This document shows, one piece after another, positions 50,327-60,966 of a stretch of 64,000 nucleotides of DNA. Positions within the stretch are counted from its first letter, which is position 1. Each line of letters begins with the position of its first letter. Both the position numbers and the translations under genes were made by a program. The DNA comes from Spirochaetota bacterium (GTDB lineage Bacteria > Spirochaetota > UBA4802 > UBA5550), in NCBI GenBank assembly GCA_050298055.1, contig JBNKTL010000003.1, positions 81,685-145,684 of the forward strand, read 5' to 3'. The notes below the pieces were generated by a model. It saw nothing but the letters and a program-made list of their open reading frames with translations. It ran no database searches and was not told where the DNA came from.

Positions 50327-50847
50327 GAGTCCCTGTTCATCTTCTTAATCTTTTTAAGCTGGGATTTCAACTCTTTCCGGACATAGTCATCCAGGTGATC
50401 GATAAAGACCTTTCCATTGAGATGGTCTATCTCATGCTGCAAGACCCTGGCAAGGAGCCCGTCAGCCTCAAGCTCTATCTCCTTCTCCTCAGGGGTGATC
50501 CCCGCAAGAAGTATCTTCTCCGGACGTATGATTTCACTGTTTATCCCGGGCAGCGAAAGACAGCCCTCCTCATAGGGGACCTCCTCGGAGGAAAACTCCT
50601 TTATCACAGGGTTAATAATTGTCAGCGCCGGCCCGTTGTAGTTTTCAATATCAACAACAATAAGCCTTTTTGAGACATCAACCTGCGGAGCAGCCAGTCC
50701 GATCCCCTTCTCTTTATACATGACATTGTACATGGAGTCAATGAGCTCATTAACTTCACCGTCAATGTTCTTCACCTCATCAGCCACCGCCTTAAGGGTA
50801 TCGTTGCCGTAATAGACCAGGTTATATTTCATTTTTCTTTTAAACAT
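50323..50847 (-). CDS. def: Peptide deformylase
   Basis: GIGLAAPQ, EGCLS, QHEIDHLNG. Confidence 0.97.
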   Translation of the reverse strand: MFKRKMKYNLVYYGNDTLKAVADEVKNIDGEVNELIDSMYNVMYKEKGIGLAAPQVDVSKRLIVVDIENYNGPALTIINPVIKEFSSEEVPYEEGCLSLPGINSEIIRPEKILLAGITPEEKEIELEADGLLARVLQHEIDHLNGKVFIDHLDDYVRKELKSQLKKIKKMNRDS

Positions 50848-51091
50848 AGTTTAGATTCTTTTTAAATTAGATATTGCCATTAATGGCGGCTTCATATATA
50901 CTTTGTGTATAAATAAGCCGTAAGGGTTACCCGGGAAATAATATATGAACCTCAAAAAGAGAGAAAAAAAAATCCCCGGCCGGTGAAATTTTAACCGGGA
51001 AGGCCCTGTTTTTGTCAATTAATTTAAGAAATACTCAAATTTTTGTTTGACAGATAGTGCCGGAATTAATACTTGTTTTAACTCATAATGA

Positions 51092-51166
51092 GGGGTGTTA
51101 GCTCAGTTTGGTTAGAGTACCTGCCTGTCACGCAGGGGGTCGCGAGTTCGAGTCTCGTACACCCCG
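51092..51166 (+). tRNA. tRNA-Asp(GTC)
   Basis: GGGGTGT-TA-GCTC...CCTGC-CTGTCAC-GCAGG...TTCGAGT...ACACCCC-G cloverleaf; CCA not encoded. Confidence 0.97.
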
Positions 51167-51171
51167 AAAGG

Positions 51172-51216
51172 GAAAAAGGGGATACCTTGAAAAGGGTATT
51201 CCTTTTTTTATTTTTT
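51172..51216 (+). terminator. Intrinsic terminator after tRNA-Asp
   Basis: AAAAAGGGGATACC / GGTATTCCTTTTT stem followed by T runs. Confidence 0.8.
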
Positions 51217-51240
51217 CCATTTCATGATATTCCTGCCCAT

Positions 51241-51420
51241 TCACTGGCCATTCTTTTTTAATGGAAGGACTCTGACTCTTGAACGGAACTTATCGATGGA
51301 AACAAGGGTGTAATTGTGTTTTTTTGCATATTCGAAAAGCTCAGTATTGGTAGCAGTTAATTCTCCAATTTCAGACCAGTGCTTTGATTCCCACTCATAT
51401 TTCTCCAGGACTTCACATAA
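51241..51420 (-). pseudogene. DUF5615-type PIN-like toxin remnant with internal deletion
   Basis: Startless frame LCEVLEKYEWESKHWSEIGELTATNTELFEYAKKHNYT-LVSIDKFRSRVRVLPLKKNGQ*; the first strand and central TxDxDF segment are absent. Confidence 0.65.
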
Positions 51421-51683
51421 TATGCCCTAAATAAAATTTTTGTCAACTATATAAGAGCATCCTGAACAAACAGGTTATTCAGACTATGTGCCCTTCATTT
51501 GACATAATATTCCCGGAATCAGAATCCTGCAGGGCTTTTTTATCACAAAATTTTTCTTGAAATTTTTTTCTGTCCCATTATGCAAAATGGGACGACCTGA
51601 ACACTCTTTATCTATACATTAAAATTAAGAGAGTGATAAAAGCACCATTTCATATTAATTTAACATCTACCAGGAGATACCCA

Positions 51684-52166
51684 ATGAAGAAGAATACTGT
51701 TGTTTTATCTCTTTGTATATTTCTCTTTACTTTTGCAATACTCTCATGTGAAGAGAGCGGCAATGATAACTCTGGAGATCCAGATGATGTAACCCATGTA
51801 CTCTCTGAAGCGGACATGCAGGGTTCCTGGGAAAGCAATTGTCTTGATGACGGCGGTGGCAACGGTGAAAGGATAACATATGATTTTTCAGGTAACAGCC
51901 TGACAACAACCAGGGATGAATGGGCCGGTGATAATACCTGCAGCGGAGGGCCTTCAACTTCAAGCAGCACCGATACGTATGAACTCATGGGTGAATCCGC
52001 ATCAATTTCCGGAGCAGAAAAAATCTTTATTACCACAGACAAGAGTCCCATTTCGCAGGTTGTTAAAATTGTCAGTAATGAGTTATATTGGGGTGATGAT
52101 GAAGGAACCCTGGATTCCGAAGGTTATCCGTCAAGTCTGGCATCCCGCGTGTATTATAAAAATTAA
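51684..52166 (+). CDS. Hypothetical lipoprotein (lipocalin-like beta fold possible)
   Basis: AGGAG RBS; FAILSC lipobox; MQGSW motif. Confidence 0.75.
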   Translation: MKKNTVVLSLCIFLFTFAILSCEESGNDNSGDPDDVTHVLSEADMQGSWESNCLDDGGGNGERITYDFSGNSLTTTRDEWAGDNTCSGGPSTSSSTDTYELMGESASISGAEKIFITTDKSPISQVVKIVSNELYWGDDEGTLDSEGYPSSLASRVYYKN

Positions 52167-52264
52167 GAACTCTTATTAACACGCGGGAAACCGTTCTTTC
52201 TCAAATCATACCCGGCTCATATTTTTCATCAGCAACAAACAAAAACCCGGTTAAACCGGCTTCT

Positions 52265-52700
52265 TCGATAGCTTTCTTAACTGATCTGGCGGGGGCCACT
52301 TCTCTCTTTTCCCTTCATAGGCTGAGGCGCAACCCGGTTTTCGTGGCAGCGGTACTGATCCTGGTGACAGCGGGACGTGTCATACTCCCCTTCTGTCCCC
52401 AGCCACGCTTTGACCTTTCCGGCCTGCACCTGGTTGTGGGAGGGATCATCTTTCTCCCTGGGCTGGCTGTCGGGACTATCCCCCTCTTTATCGTTAAATG
52501 GTGGTCACCTCCCCGGGAGGGGATGCAGCTCCGCACAACGGGTATCTACGGGCTTGTACGGCATCCCATCTACCTGTCGGAGATGCTCTGATGCCTGGGG
52601 TGGGCGGTAATGTTCCGTTCGGTCTATGGGGTTGCTCTGACCCCCCTCTGGTGAGCGGCTTTCCTGATACATGCCCTCGCCGGTTCATCCCTCTCTGCCT
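52265..52700 (+). pseudogene. ICMT/PEMT-family methyltransferase pseudogene
   Basis: LRTTGIYGLVRHPIYL; in-frame TGA at 52589 and 52652; the family's EE C-terminus is absent. Confidence 0.75.
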
Positions 52701-53884
52701 TACGAACCGAACCGGACCGTGGCTCCCACGATAAGGCTCAGGGAAAATAACCTGTCCCAGCTCCCCCCTTCACCGTACATACCGCTTATCCCGAATCCCG
52801 ACGACAGTTCGCCGTTGACATACCCGATGCCGATACTTCCGCCGTAGCGGTTAACATCGTTCCCTTCACCCAGCTTGTTATCACCTGCACCCGAGGTGTT
52901 GGAAAATATCCCCAGCCTGAGGGCGAAAGCGCTGTTAAGATACCATTCGCAGCCAAGGGAAATATCGTAATGTCTTTCTTCCCGGTATTCGGTGGAATCA
53001 AGTTCCGGTCGCGTGATATAGTGGTGAGCGGAATATTTCATGGGGAAATAATAGATAACATCCAGTGCGAGTGTAAATTTTTTCTTCTCTTCATAAGCAA
53101 CCCCCAGGGTAGCCCTGCCGGGCAGGCGGTAATCATATTCATCCGTACTTCCCGAAACAGGGGGCGGATTGGTTGACTCGCTTCGGTAATAGGTGTTCGA
53201 TCCGTTGATGTTAATGGTTTCCATCCCGTATTGCAACCCGAGATGCAGTTTTGGCATGACAAGATATTTGCCCCCGAAAATCATATCCAGGCCTCCGCTT
53301 GTCACCTGGCTCTTCTGCTCCGTTATATATCCCGTACCGTCGTCGCCGAATATGGATATTTTCCCCCTGTAGTACTGAAAAAACGCCGAGACACCCAGCG
53401 CGAGACCGTCGGTTAACCTGTAGGAGAAAGAGGGCCCCAGAAGGGTCGTTTCAGTATCAATATCAATATTCGCTACCTCGTTTCCCCGGATATTGGAACC
53501 TGAAAATTTTGTTTTGTCTATGACAAAAGCGGAAACGGCGGTAGAGAACCGGTCTGTGACATTGAAATTGATACCGAAGGTAGTGGGTACAAGTTCCAGT
53601 TTTCTCAGGGGGATCTGGGGAGATGAAGGATCATCCCGGTAGATATATTCCTGGTAGCTGTACATGTTCGCGTTCATAGAAATCGACGTCTGGGTGATAA
53701 ACGCAAGACCGGCCGGGTTATAGTACGCCCCCGAGATGTCATTGGAGAGGGCCGTGTAAGCTCCGCCCATCATAGCGGCCCGTTCGCCGATAGGAACATT
53801 CCGGTGGTTGTATTGGAATGCATTGAGATCTCCCCCCGTAAGTGACAGGAAAATCATAGTGATTGAGACAATAATTTTTTTCAT
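52700..53884 (-). CDS. FadL/OmpP1/PorV-like outer-membrane beta-barrel
   Basis: Signal peptide; GERAAMMGGAYTALSNDISGAYYNPAGLA plug motif; beta strands. Confidence 0.8.
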   Translation of the reverse strand: MKKIIVSITMIFLSLTGGDLNAFQYNHRNVPIGERAAMMGGAYTALSNDISGAYYNPAGLAFITQTSISMNANMYSYQEYIYRDDPSSPQIPLRKLELVPTTFGINFNVTDRFSTAVSAFVIDKTKFSGSNIRGNEVANIDIDTETTLLGPSFSYRLTDGLALGVSAFFQYYRGKISIFGDDGTGYITEQKSQVTSGGLDMIFGGKYLVMPKLHLGLQYGMETININGSNTYYRSESTNPPPVSGSTDEYDYRLPGRATLGVAYEEKKKFTLALDVIYYFPMKYSAHHYITRPELDSTEYREERHYDISLGCEWYLNSAFALRLGIFSNTSGAGDNKLGEGNDVNRYGGSIGIGYVNGELSSGFGISGMYGEGGSWDRLFSLSLIVGATVRFGS

Positions 53885-54075
53885 TTTGAGCTACTCCTTA
53901 TTTCCAATAGGAACTTGCTATTAAATATGAAAAAAAGTAAAGAAAAAAATGATCCTGATAAGTAATTATAATAATGTCAAATAGATAGTACGTGTTTCCT
54001 TTCAAAAGAATTGACATCCGTACCGATTCTATTCTATAAAGAAACTTTCCGGTAAAATCCGAAAAGGAGGATAAG

Positions 54076-55107
54076 ATGAGAAGATATTTTGATACTGTGT
54101 TGATTTACGTTTTTCTTTTACTCCTGGCATTCTCTGCTCATAATCTCCGGGCGGATGAAGCATGCAACGGTTACAACATGCACGCGTACCTCAGGTCCGC
54201 TCACTCAGCCTCAAGCTACCTGAAAGACAAAAAGGACCCTGACCGTTACGCCCCTTCCAAGGCATTTGACGGCAAGATTGAAACATCCTGGGTTGAGGGG
54301 AAGAGAGATGACGGCATTGGCGAAAAGATCGCCTTTTATTTCAGGGGATCGCCTCTGAAAATAAGAATAATGCCCGGGTTCGGAATGAAGAAATACTTCC
54401 GGATGAACAACAGGGTGAAATCGGCGACCCTCAGCTTTTATGTTGTCAAGAATGTCATTGCCCATCAGTGCGGGGAAGATTTTCAGATCGATGAAAAAGA
54501 GATCGTTTCCCGAAAAACCATCCGTTTCAAAGACAGCATGACCATGCAGGAATTTGATACGGGTCTTTCCGGCACCGAGCATCTGGAAATATCTCCCGGC
54601 GGCCTGATTGGGGTCATAGAGATCGACTCTGTCTACAGGGGGATAAAATGGAGAGACACCTGTATTGCGGAGATAAAACTTATTGAGGGAAAAAGCGGCC
54701 TGAAAGGGATCAAGAGACAGAAGCTCTCCCCGGTGGTCATCGATTCCCGCGGGGGGTTAAGGATATCTCTCTTCGGCTCCAGGAGTGATATTCTGCGGAA
54801 GCTGAAGATAGATGGCCGCAACCTGAAGGGGAAAAACCTGGAGAAGGCCTCCCGCTCATCCGGGCTTCAGCTTTTCGATTATGAGAGCGATGAGATCCGG
54901 ATGATGAGGATCATATCGGACAGGTGGAAACTGGAAAACGGGATCACACTGGGATCGGACAAGATCGACATTGATCTTTCCTTCGGGGAGAACGACTTTA
55001 AGCATGAAAGGACTATCGGCTACTGCATAGACAGGTTCTCAATTGGTCTTGAGTACAATGCGAAGAAAAAAGTCTCACGTCTTTTTCTTCACAGGGACTG
55101 TCCCTAG
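54076..55107 (+). CDS. Secreted protein with NADase-type glycan-binding (discoidin-like) domain
   Basis: ASSYL...YAPSKAFDGKIETSWVEG...GIGE; NNRVK; VYRG.KW.DTCIAEI. Confidence 0.75.
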   Translation: MRRYFDTVLIYVFLLLLAFSAHNLRADEACNGYNMHAYLRSAHSASSYLKDKKDPDRYAPSKAFDGKIETSWVEGKRDDGIGEKIAFYFRGSPLKIRIMPGFGMKKYFRMNNRVKSATLSFYVVKNVIAHQCGEDFQIDEKEIVSRKTIRFKDSMTMQEFDTGLSGTEHLEISPGGLIGVIEIDSVYRGIKWRDTCIAEIKLIEGKSGLKGIKRQKLSPVVIDSRGGLRISLFGSRSDILRKLKIDGRNLKGKNLEKASRSSGLQLFDYESDEIRMMRIISDRWKLENGITLGSDKIDIDLSFGENDFKHERTIGYCIDRFSIGLEYNAKKKVSRLFLHRDCP

Positions 55108-55389
55108 GTTTTAATAAAATTGTCATTGACATTTTTATTAATGAATAAATATCATTTATAAATTGCAGTGTTCCAAGTTGATCTTTTGCGGGGAATTTTT
55201 TGAACAATCCTGTTTCGTCCCTGCAGGCAAATGTCCGGTTTTCTCCAGACACTCAACAGGGTGTTGAAATTGTATCGGCCGATATAAGTAATGAAGCAGC
55301 ATGACCTGTGGACCTTCCTTATGACGGTTGCGCGTATTCGTACAATTATCTTTTAAGTCCTTTTTAAGTATTTACTCTATTATACTGTT

Positions 55390-57648
55390 ATGGCGAGAAA
55401 ATTCCGAAAAGACAAAAATATGATAAAAAATATTTTTATATCTTTTGGAATTTTATTATTTGTAAATACGGCATATACTCAGACTGGTAATCTTCGAGCT
55501 GATAAAAAAGTTCTTATTCTGCACTCACAACATGCAACATTTCAATGGACCGGTAAATTGGATAGGGCAATTAAAGAAGAATTTGCCGGCGCTCCCTTTA
55601 ACATTCAGCTTTATACCGAGTATATGGACACAAGGCGGTTTCCGGCAAAAGAACTCTTCCCTCAACTCTACAGGATCTATCAGAAGAAATACCGGCATCT
55701 CGAGTTTGATCTCATTCTCTTTACTGATAACGCGGCATTAAATTTCCTGATAAGATACCGTGACGGCCTTTTCCCTCACGTCCCCGTTGTTTTTTGCGGT
55801 CTCAATAATTATACGCCGGTCATGATCGGCGTCTATAAAGGCATTACCGGTATCCTGGAAGATTTTGATTTAAAAGCTACCATTGAACTCATCCTCTCTA
55901 TCCAGCCAAAAATCAAAACAATCGGGATAGTCTCGGACGCTTCTTATACCGGCCGATTACATCGACAGCGATTTCTTGCCCTGAAACCTTCATTTAACAA
56001 CCGGGTTACTCTTCGTGATATTGCAGGTCTCGATGAGAAACAGGTTGTCAGGGAGATCCGGCAAATGCCGGAAGACTCCGCCGTCATTGTATTATCCTAC
56101 CACCTGGATCCCCGGGGGAAATTTTTCTCTGTCAGGGAAGGACTGGAAATACTCCAAAAAGGGAAACGCCCCCTTTATTCCTGTTGGGAAACATCACTGG
56201 GAGAAGGCATTGTCGGCGGGATCATCACAAATGCCCGGCGACATGGCCGGGATGCCGCCAGAATGGGAATTGATATTCTGAAAGGGAAAAAAACAGATGA
56301 TATCCCTGTTCAATCATGTACAAACCTGCCAATGTTCGATTACCGTTTCATAAAGAAGTATAAGATCAACCAGTCCCTGCTTCCAACAAACAGTATTATC
56401 ATCAATAAACCCGATTCATTTTATATTCGATATCATAAAACGATTCTTTTTATCTTATGCAGCTTTGCTATTATGGCAGGTTTAATTGCCGGTCTTATTA
56501 TCAACATTATGAAAAAACAACAGGTTCAGAACGAACTGGTCCGCGAACGCAACTTTATTAAAACGATTTTGGAAACAGCTGATGTACTGGTAATAGTCAT
56601 TAATCTATCGGGGAAGATTATTATTTTTAACAGGGCCTGCCAGAAATGCACGGGCTATACTGTCGAAGATATTCAGCAGATACCGTTCTGGGACATATTG
56701 TTTTTACCTGAAGACAAAAAAGAAATCCGAACATTTATAGAAAATGCCCACAAAGATTTTCCCCGGGAATATGAAAAATACCTGGTAACAAAAAATGGCC
56801 TGCAGCGTTTAATTCACTGGTTAAACTCCATGGTCATAAATCGACAGGGTGATATTGACTTTATCATTTGCACGGGAATTGACATTACCGGGCGTAAACA
56901 AACCGAAGAAGAGCTATGCCGATATCGTGATCATCTCGAAGAACTGGTACAGGAACGCACAAAGGAGTTGGAGGCTTTTGCGTACTCCGTATCTCATGAT
57001 CTCAGGGCACCGCTTCGACATATTAATGGTTTTATTGATTTGCTGAAAAATAATACGGGAACAACCCTTGATGAAAAGGGCCGGTATTACATGAATTTCA
57101 TTTCTAATGCGGCTACGAAAATGGGTTTTTTAATAGATGATCTTCTTTCGTTTTCCCGTCTGGGCCGCCAGACAATGAATCTCAAACCTGTTGAACTGGG
57201 AGAAATTGTATCCGAAACAATAAAGAGTTTAAATCCCGATATTTCTGAAAAAAATATTGAGTGGAACATCAGCACCCTTCCGGAGGTTTACGCTGATGCT
57301 TCCATGCTGCATGTGGTACTCTCAAACCTGGTTTCAAACGCTGTAAAATTTTCACGGACGCGCAAGCAGACGCGAATTGAAATAGGTTCCCATTCCCGGG
57401 AAAAGGAAATTGTCGTCTTCATCCGTGATAACGGTATCGGTTTTAATCAGGAATATGCGGACAATCTTTTCGGCGTCTTCCAGCGACTTCACCGGGCTGA
57501 TGAATATGAAGGGACCGGTGTTGGTCTGGCAATTGCCCAGCGGATCATTAATCGTCACAATGGTGAAATATGGGCGGAAGGTGAAATGGACAGCGGAGCA
57601 ACATTTTATTTTTCTCTGCCGCAACCTGTTCAAAGAGATGAAATATGA
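55390..57648 (+). CDS. Sensor histidine kinase (periplasmic ABC-SBP-like, PAS, HisKA, HATPase)
   Basis: SVSHDLRAPLRHI, NLVSNAVKF, DNGIGF, GTGVGLA; no adjacent response regulator. Confidence 0.93.
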   Translation: MARKFRKDKNMIKNIFISFGILLFVNTAYTQTGNLRADKKVLILHSQHATFQWTGKLDRAIKEEFAGAPFNIQLYTEYMDTRRFPAKELFPQLYRIYQKKYRHLEFDLILFTDNAALNFLIRYRDGLFPHVPVVFCGLNNYTPVMIGVYKGITGILEDFDLKATIELILSIQPKIKTIGIVSDASYTGRLHRQRFLALKPSFNNRVTLRDIAGLDEKQVVREIRQMPEDSAVIVLSYHLDPRGKFFSVREGLEILQKGKRPLYSCWETSLGEGIVGGIITNARRHGRDAARMGIDILKGKKTDDIPVQSCTNLPMFDYRFIKKYKINQSLLPTNSIIINKPDSFYIRYHKTILFILCSFAIMAGLIAGLIINIMKKQQVQNELVRERNFIKTILETADVLVIVINLSGKIIIFNRACQKCTGYTVEDIQQIPFWDILFLPEDKKEIRTFIENAHKDFPREYEKYLVTKNGLQRLIHWLNSMVINRQGDIDFIICTGIDITGRKQTEEELCRYRDHLEELVQERTKELEAFAYSVSHDLRAPLRHINGFIDLLKNNTGTTLDEKGRYYMNFISNAATKMGFLIDDLLSFSRLGRQTMNLKPVELGEIVSETIKSLNPDISEKNIEWNISTLPEVYADASMLHVVLSNLVSNAVKFSRTRKQTRIEIGSHSREKEIVVFIRDNGIGFNQEYADNLFGVFQRLHRADEYEGTGVGLAIAQRIINRHNGEIWAEGEMDSGATFYFSLPQPVQRDEI

Positions 57649-57765
57649 TCAGCTCAATTCAGTTCGCGATGCTTCTGTTTATATAACAATTGCAGCTGCA
57701 ATTCCGGCGTCTCCCATCACCCGAAGGGACCCTAACATGAGCCGGGTTTGTCCTCCGGATGTGTC

Positions 57766-58716
57766 TCATACGCGGTTTCTCAGCATCAGTTCAACCGGAG
57801 GGGGGTAGAGGTAGTACTGGCTCTCCAGGTATTCAACTCCGAACTTTCTCACATAGTGACGGAGAAGAATGAGCGGTATTATGAGCGGGAGCTGTTCATG
57901 ATAATAGTCATCTATTGCCTCCAGGAGTTCCACTTTCTCGTCAGCATTTAAATGTTTTTTAAAGTATCCCATGATATACTGCAGGACATTCCTGTTCTTT
58001 TTTACCGTTACTTCCCGTTTAAGGCAATCCATCATGACAAGAAAATACTCATCACGATTTTTCTTTCTTTCACCTTTCGTTCCCTCCGCGGCCAGCCTGC
58101 CCAGTTTGTGAAGATGGACAGGGCTGTGCGCCATGAAGATGAGCTTATGATCCGCATGAAACGCCGCAAGATCTTCCGCGCCGCCGCCTTTTCCTGCGAA
58201 CTCTCTCCACCTGCTGAAGACAAAGATCCTCCGGATAAAGTTCTCCCTTTTCCCGGGATCACCGAGTCTCTCTTCATCCTCCACGGGGATATAAGGAAAC
58301 CGGTCCATAAAGGCCCCGGCAAAGAGGCCCCGTCCCCTCCGCACGGATTTACCATCAGCACCAAAGACCTTTACGCTCCGCATGCAGGAACAGCTGGGAG
58401 ACCTGTTCTTGAAGATAAAACCTGCCGGTTCCTCTTCTTCAAGCTCCCCGATCTTCTTTTCCACCCATTTGACCATCCGGTCAGTATGGTCCTTACCTGT
58501 TTTCCGGGTCACCAGGCGCGGATCTTCCGGGTCGCCCACAAGCCGCATGGGTTCCCGGGGAACAGGCAGTCCGCATTCCACCTCGGGGCAGACCGGTACC
58601 CACTCCACATATTTTTCCAGTGTCTCTTTCAGGCAGCGGTCATGTTTGTCTTCACCGTCATACCTGACTCTCTCTCCCAGGAGGCATGAACTTATCCCCA
58701 GTTTAATTTTGTCCAT
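57766..58716 (-). CDS. DUF523 + DUF1722 (YbgA family) protein
   Basis: GISSCLLGERVRYDG, CPEVECGLPVPR, SPSC, FHADHKLIFMAHSP. Confidence 0.92.
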   Translation of the reverse strand: MDKIKLGISSCLLGERVRYDGEDKHDRCLKETLEKYVEWVPVCPEVECGLPVPREPMRLVGDPEDPRLVTRKTGKDHTDRMVKWVEKKIGELEEEEPAGFIFKNRSPSCSCMRSVKVFGADGKSVRRGRGLFAGAFMDRFPYIPVEDEERLGDPGKRENFIRRIFVFSRWREFAGKGGGAEDLAAFHADHKLIFMAHSPVHLHKLGRLAAEGTKGERKKNRDEYFLVMMDCLKREVTVKKNRNVLQYIMGYFKKHLNADEKVELLEAIDDYYHEQLPLIIPLILLRHYVRKFGVEYLESQYYLYPPPVELMLRNRV

Positions 58717-58939
58717 TGGTCTTCAAATAAATTCACAATTAACATTTTCCGGCCGGTTTTTCCGGGTTCAAATGAGCGCCAACTTCCCGTTCCATTCCGG
58801 TAATGAGAAAGCCGGGCAGCGGGAATGTAAAGTACTATTTTATGGGAAAGAAATTTGAGAGATATTGACATATCATCTAACATGAATTTGTATGTTTAAC
58901 ACTGTCAACAGGAATTGAGTTAAAAAACTGAAAAACAGG

Positions 58940-58968
58940 TTGACACTATGCTTATTTACACATATTTT
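58940..58968 (+). promoter_or_regulatory. Sigma-70-type promoter
   Basis: TTGACA-17 nt-TATTTT upstream of AGGAG RBS and ATG at 59003. Confidence 0.55.
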
Positions 58969-59002
58969 CCGGGTCATACTTTTTTTAAAAAGGAGACCAA
59001 TA

Positions 59003-59785
59003 ATGAGTATAGTATGGGAACGAGGGAAAAAGTCTGCCATAGAACGCTGGAACATCTGGGCAGAGGATCCCAAACGTTTACTGGCAGATCTTGACGCACT
59101 TCGCAGAAATGAGAATCTTCCGAGCCTCCTTGATCTTACCATTGCAGGTACCGCTATTGAAACATGGACCATTGAGGGATCCGATCCCATGAGTAAATTT
59201 GTCGTCTGGTTCGATGCAGGAGAGGACCTGAAATACTGGTCCCTGTTGCCCCCCTGTAAGGATTCACCCGATTTTTCCCCGGCGATCCAGTGGCAGCCGC
59301 CTGAAGATTACCTTCAGTTTCTCTCCCTCTGTGATGGCCTGGAACCGACTAATATTTCAAAATTCACTCCCCACTGGAAAGAAGACCGCGCTGAGATCAA
59401 AGCGGGAAATAATACGTTCTTCAATGGCGTGGAAGAAAGTTTTCTTTCCAACGAAATGCTGTACGGGGAAGATTTCCTTGCCGACATACATGAAGATCCC
59501 GAAGAGTACGATTTCACTCCTGAACAGCTCACACTCAATCAACCGGGCGACATGCTGGCTGTATATGACGATTCTAACAGTAATTTTGGCGTCTTTCATC
59601 GCCTTCTGAAAGGACCGGACGATGAGCCCGGGTTTATCCTCTGGTTTCACGATGAACCGGGAGGTCTCTACAGTGAGCACATGGCAGTTGTGGACCGCTA
59701 CACATTTGGCGATTTTCTCACAGCAACGCTGTACGGGCATGTTAAAGATGAAGACTCCTTTCGTCTCATATTTGGAAACAATTAA
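59003..59785 (+). CDS. SMI1/KNR4 (SUKH)-like protein
   Basis: PPEDYLQFLSLCDGL motif, acidic composition, WFHDE. Confidence 0.6.
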   Translation: MSIVWERGKKSAIERWNIWAEDPKRLLADLDALRRNENLPSLLDLTIAGTAIETWTIEGSDPMSKFVVWFDAGEDLKYWSLLPPCKDSPDFSPAIQWQPPEDYLQFLSLCDGLEPTNISKFTPHWKEDRAEIKAGNNTFFNGVEESFLSNEMLYGEDFLADIHEDPEEYDFTPEQLTLNQPGDMLAVYDDSNSNFGVFHRLLKGPDDEPGFILWFHDEPGGLYSEHMAVVDRYTFGDFLTATLYGHVKDEDSFRLIFGNN

Positions 59786-59823
59786 ACATCATTCCGGTAA
59801 GTGCTGCTCCCGCCCGGGTAAAA

Positions 59824-60771
59824 TTATTCCGCATTCCTGCAGTACTTCCTCGCTTCTTCCAGTATCCTCTCTTCGCTGCCCCTGTACCGGTTGGAGAAGT
59901 GGAGAAGAACAAGCCTCCCGGCCCCGGAATCGCGCCCCAGGAGCGCGGCATCTTTCGAAGTCAGGTGATGATTCTCCCTGGCCAGTTCTTCATCCTCCCG
60001 GGAAAAGTAGCTCTCACAGTAGAGGACACCGGCATCCCGGGCAAATTCAACGATCTCATCATAATCCTTCACCGGGGTAAAGTCTACCATGTAAACAACA
60101 GAATCACCTTTCTTCTCCTTCAGAAGATGAACAAGATCTTTGCAGTAATGCTCTTTCCCGTCAATCAGAAGCTTTTCATGAACAGGGTCCACGGCCCACT
60201 CCTTGAGTTCCTGAAGCCAGGGGCCGTGCTCAAGGCCCGATTCATTGAGCTTCTTCCTGTCAACACTCAGCATGTCATACTCGGAAACCCGGTATGCCAG
60301 GACCGGTGTCTTATGGTCCAGTTCAATACAGCTGATAAAGTAGCTGTCCGTGGAATGGATGATCCCGCCTGTTAGCTGTTCTTCCCCCAGAAAATCACCT
60401 TCAAGGTTCCCCATGGCGGAAAACCGGGTCCGTTTGATTTTAGTTCCGATAATCTCGTGAACAGTTACATGAAGCGAATCAGGATCGGCCACGTTCCAGG
60501 TATACGCGTTGATCTTGTAAAAAACCTGCCGCGTGATCCCCCGGGGACCGTAGACCCGGAGGTCTTTGCCGGAACCGAACTGCTGGCGAAAAATATCATC
60601 AAAGCCGCTGAAATGATCGAGATGGGTATGGCTGATCAGGATGATCTTCACCTTCCCCATTTCATCCAGGCTGTCAATCCTGCCGCAGTCACAGAGTATA
60701 CGGTCCGCGTCTTTCCTGATCAACACCACCGGATCATCACATTTACCGCCTATGGCTCGCGATTCAAACAC
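59824..60771 (-). CDS. Ribonuclease Z-like metallo-beta-lactamase
   Basis: DCG, SHTHLDHFSG, LDHKTP, GPWL arm, HLT, LHFSNRY. Confidence 0.88.
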   Translation of the reverse strand: MFESRAIGGKCDDPVVLIRKDADRILCDCGRIDSLDEMGKVKIILISHTHLDHFSGFDDIFRQQFGSGKDLRVYGPRGITRQVFYKINAYTWNVADPDSLHVTVHEIIGTKIKRTRFSAMGNLEGDFLGEEQLTGGIIHSTDSYFISCIELDHKTPVLAYRVSEYDMLSVDRKKLNESGLEHGPWLQELKEWAVDPVHEKLLIDGKEHYCKDLVHLLKEKKGDSVVYMVDFTPVKDYDEIVEFARDAGVLYCESYFSREDEELARENHHLTSKDAALLGRDSGAGRLVLLHFSNRYRGSEERILEEARKYCRNAE

Positions 60772-60828
60772 CGTATCCCGTTATCACTGACAGATTTTAT
60801 CTTCTTTCAGGAATATGCTCATATTTTC

Positions 60829-60966
60829 CTATCTCTCCTTTGGACAGGAAATAATCGCATTACCGTCAATAACCATATATTCCACTATATTCTGGTACCT
60901 GCACAGGATCGAATCGGATATCCGGTCCTGGTAGTTTTCACAGTTTTTACAATTTTCTATGTTCAT
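60829..60966 (-). CDS. Small Cys-rich protein (45 aa); missing from the ORF track
   Basis: MNIENCKNCENYQDRISDSILCRYQNIVEYMVIDGNAIISCPKER; AGAGGA RBS. Confidence 0.6.
   Translation of the reverse strand: MNIENCKNCENYQDRISDSILCRYQNIVEYMVIDGNAIISCPKER

Noticed and set aside
55160..55340. Riboswitch or ncRNA upstream of the histidine kinase
   Set aside because: No conserved riboswitch motif recognised; may be a coding remnant
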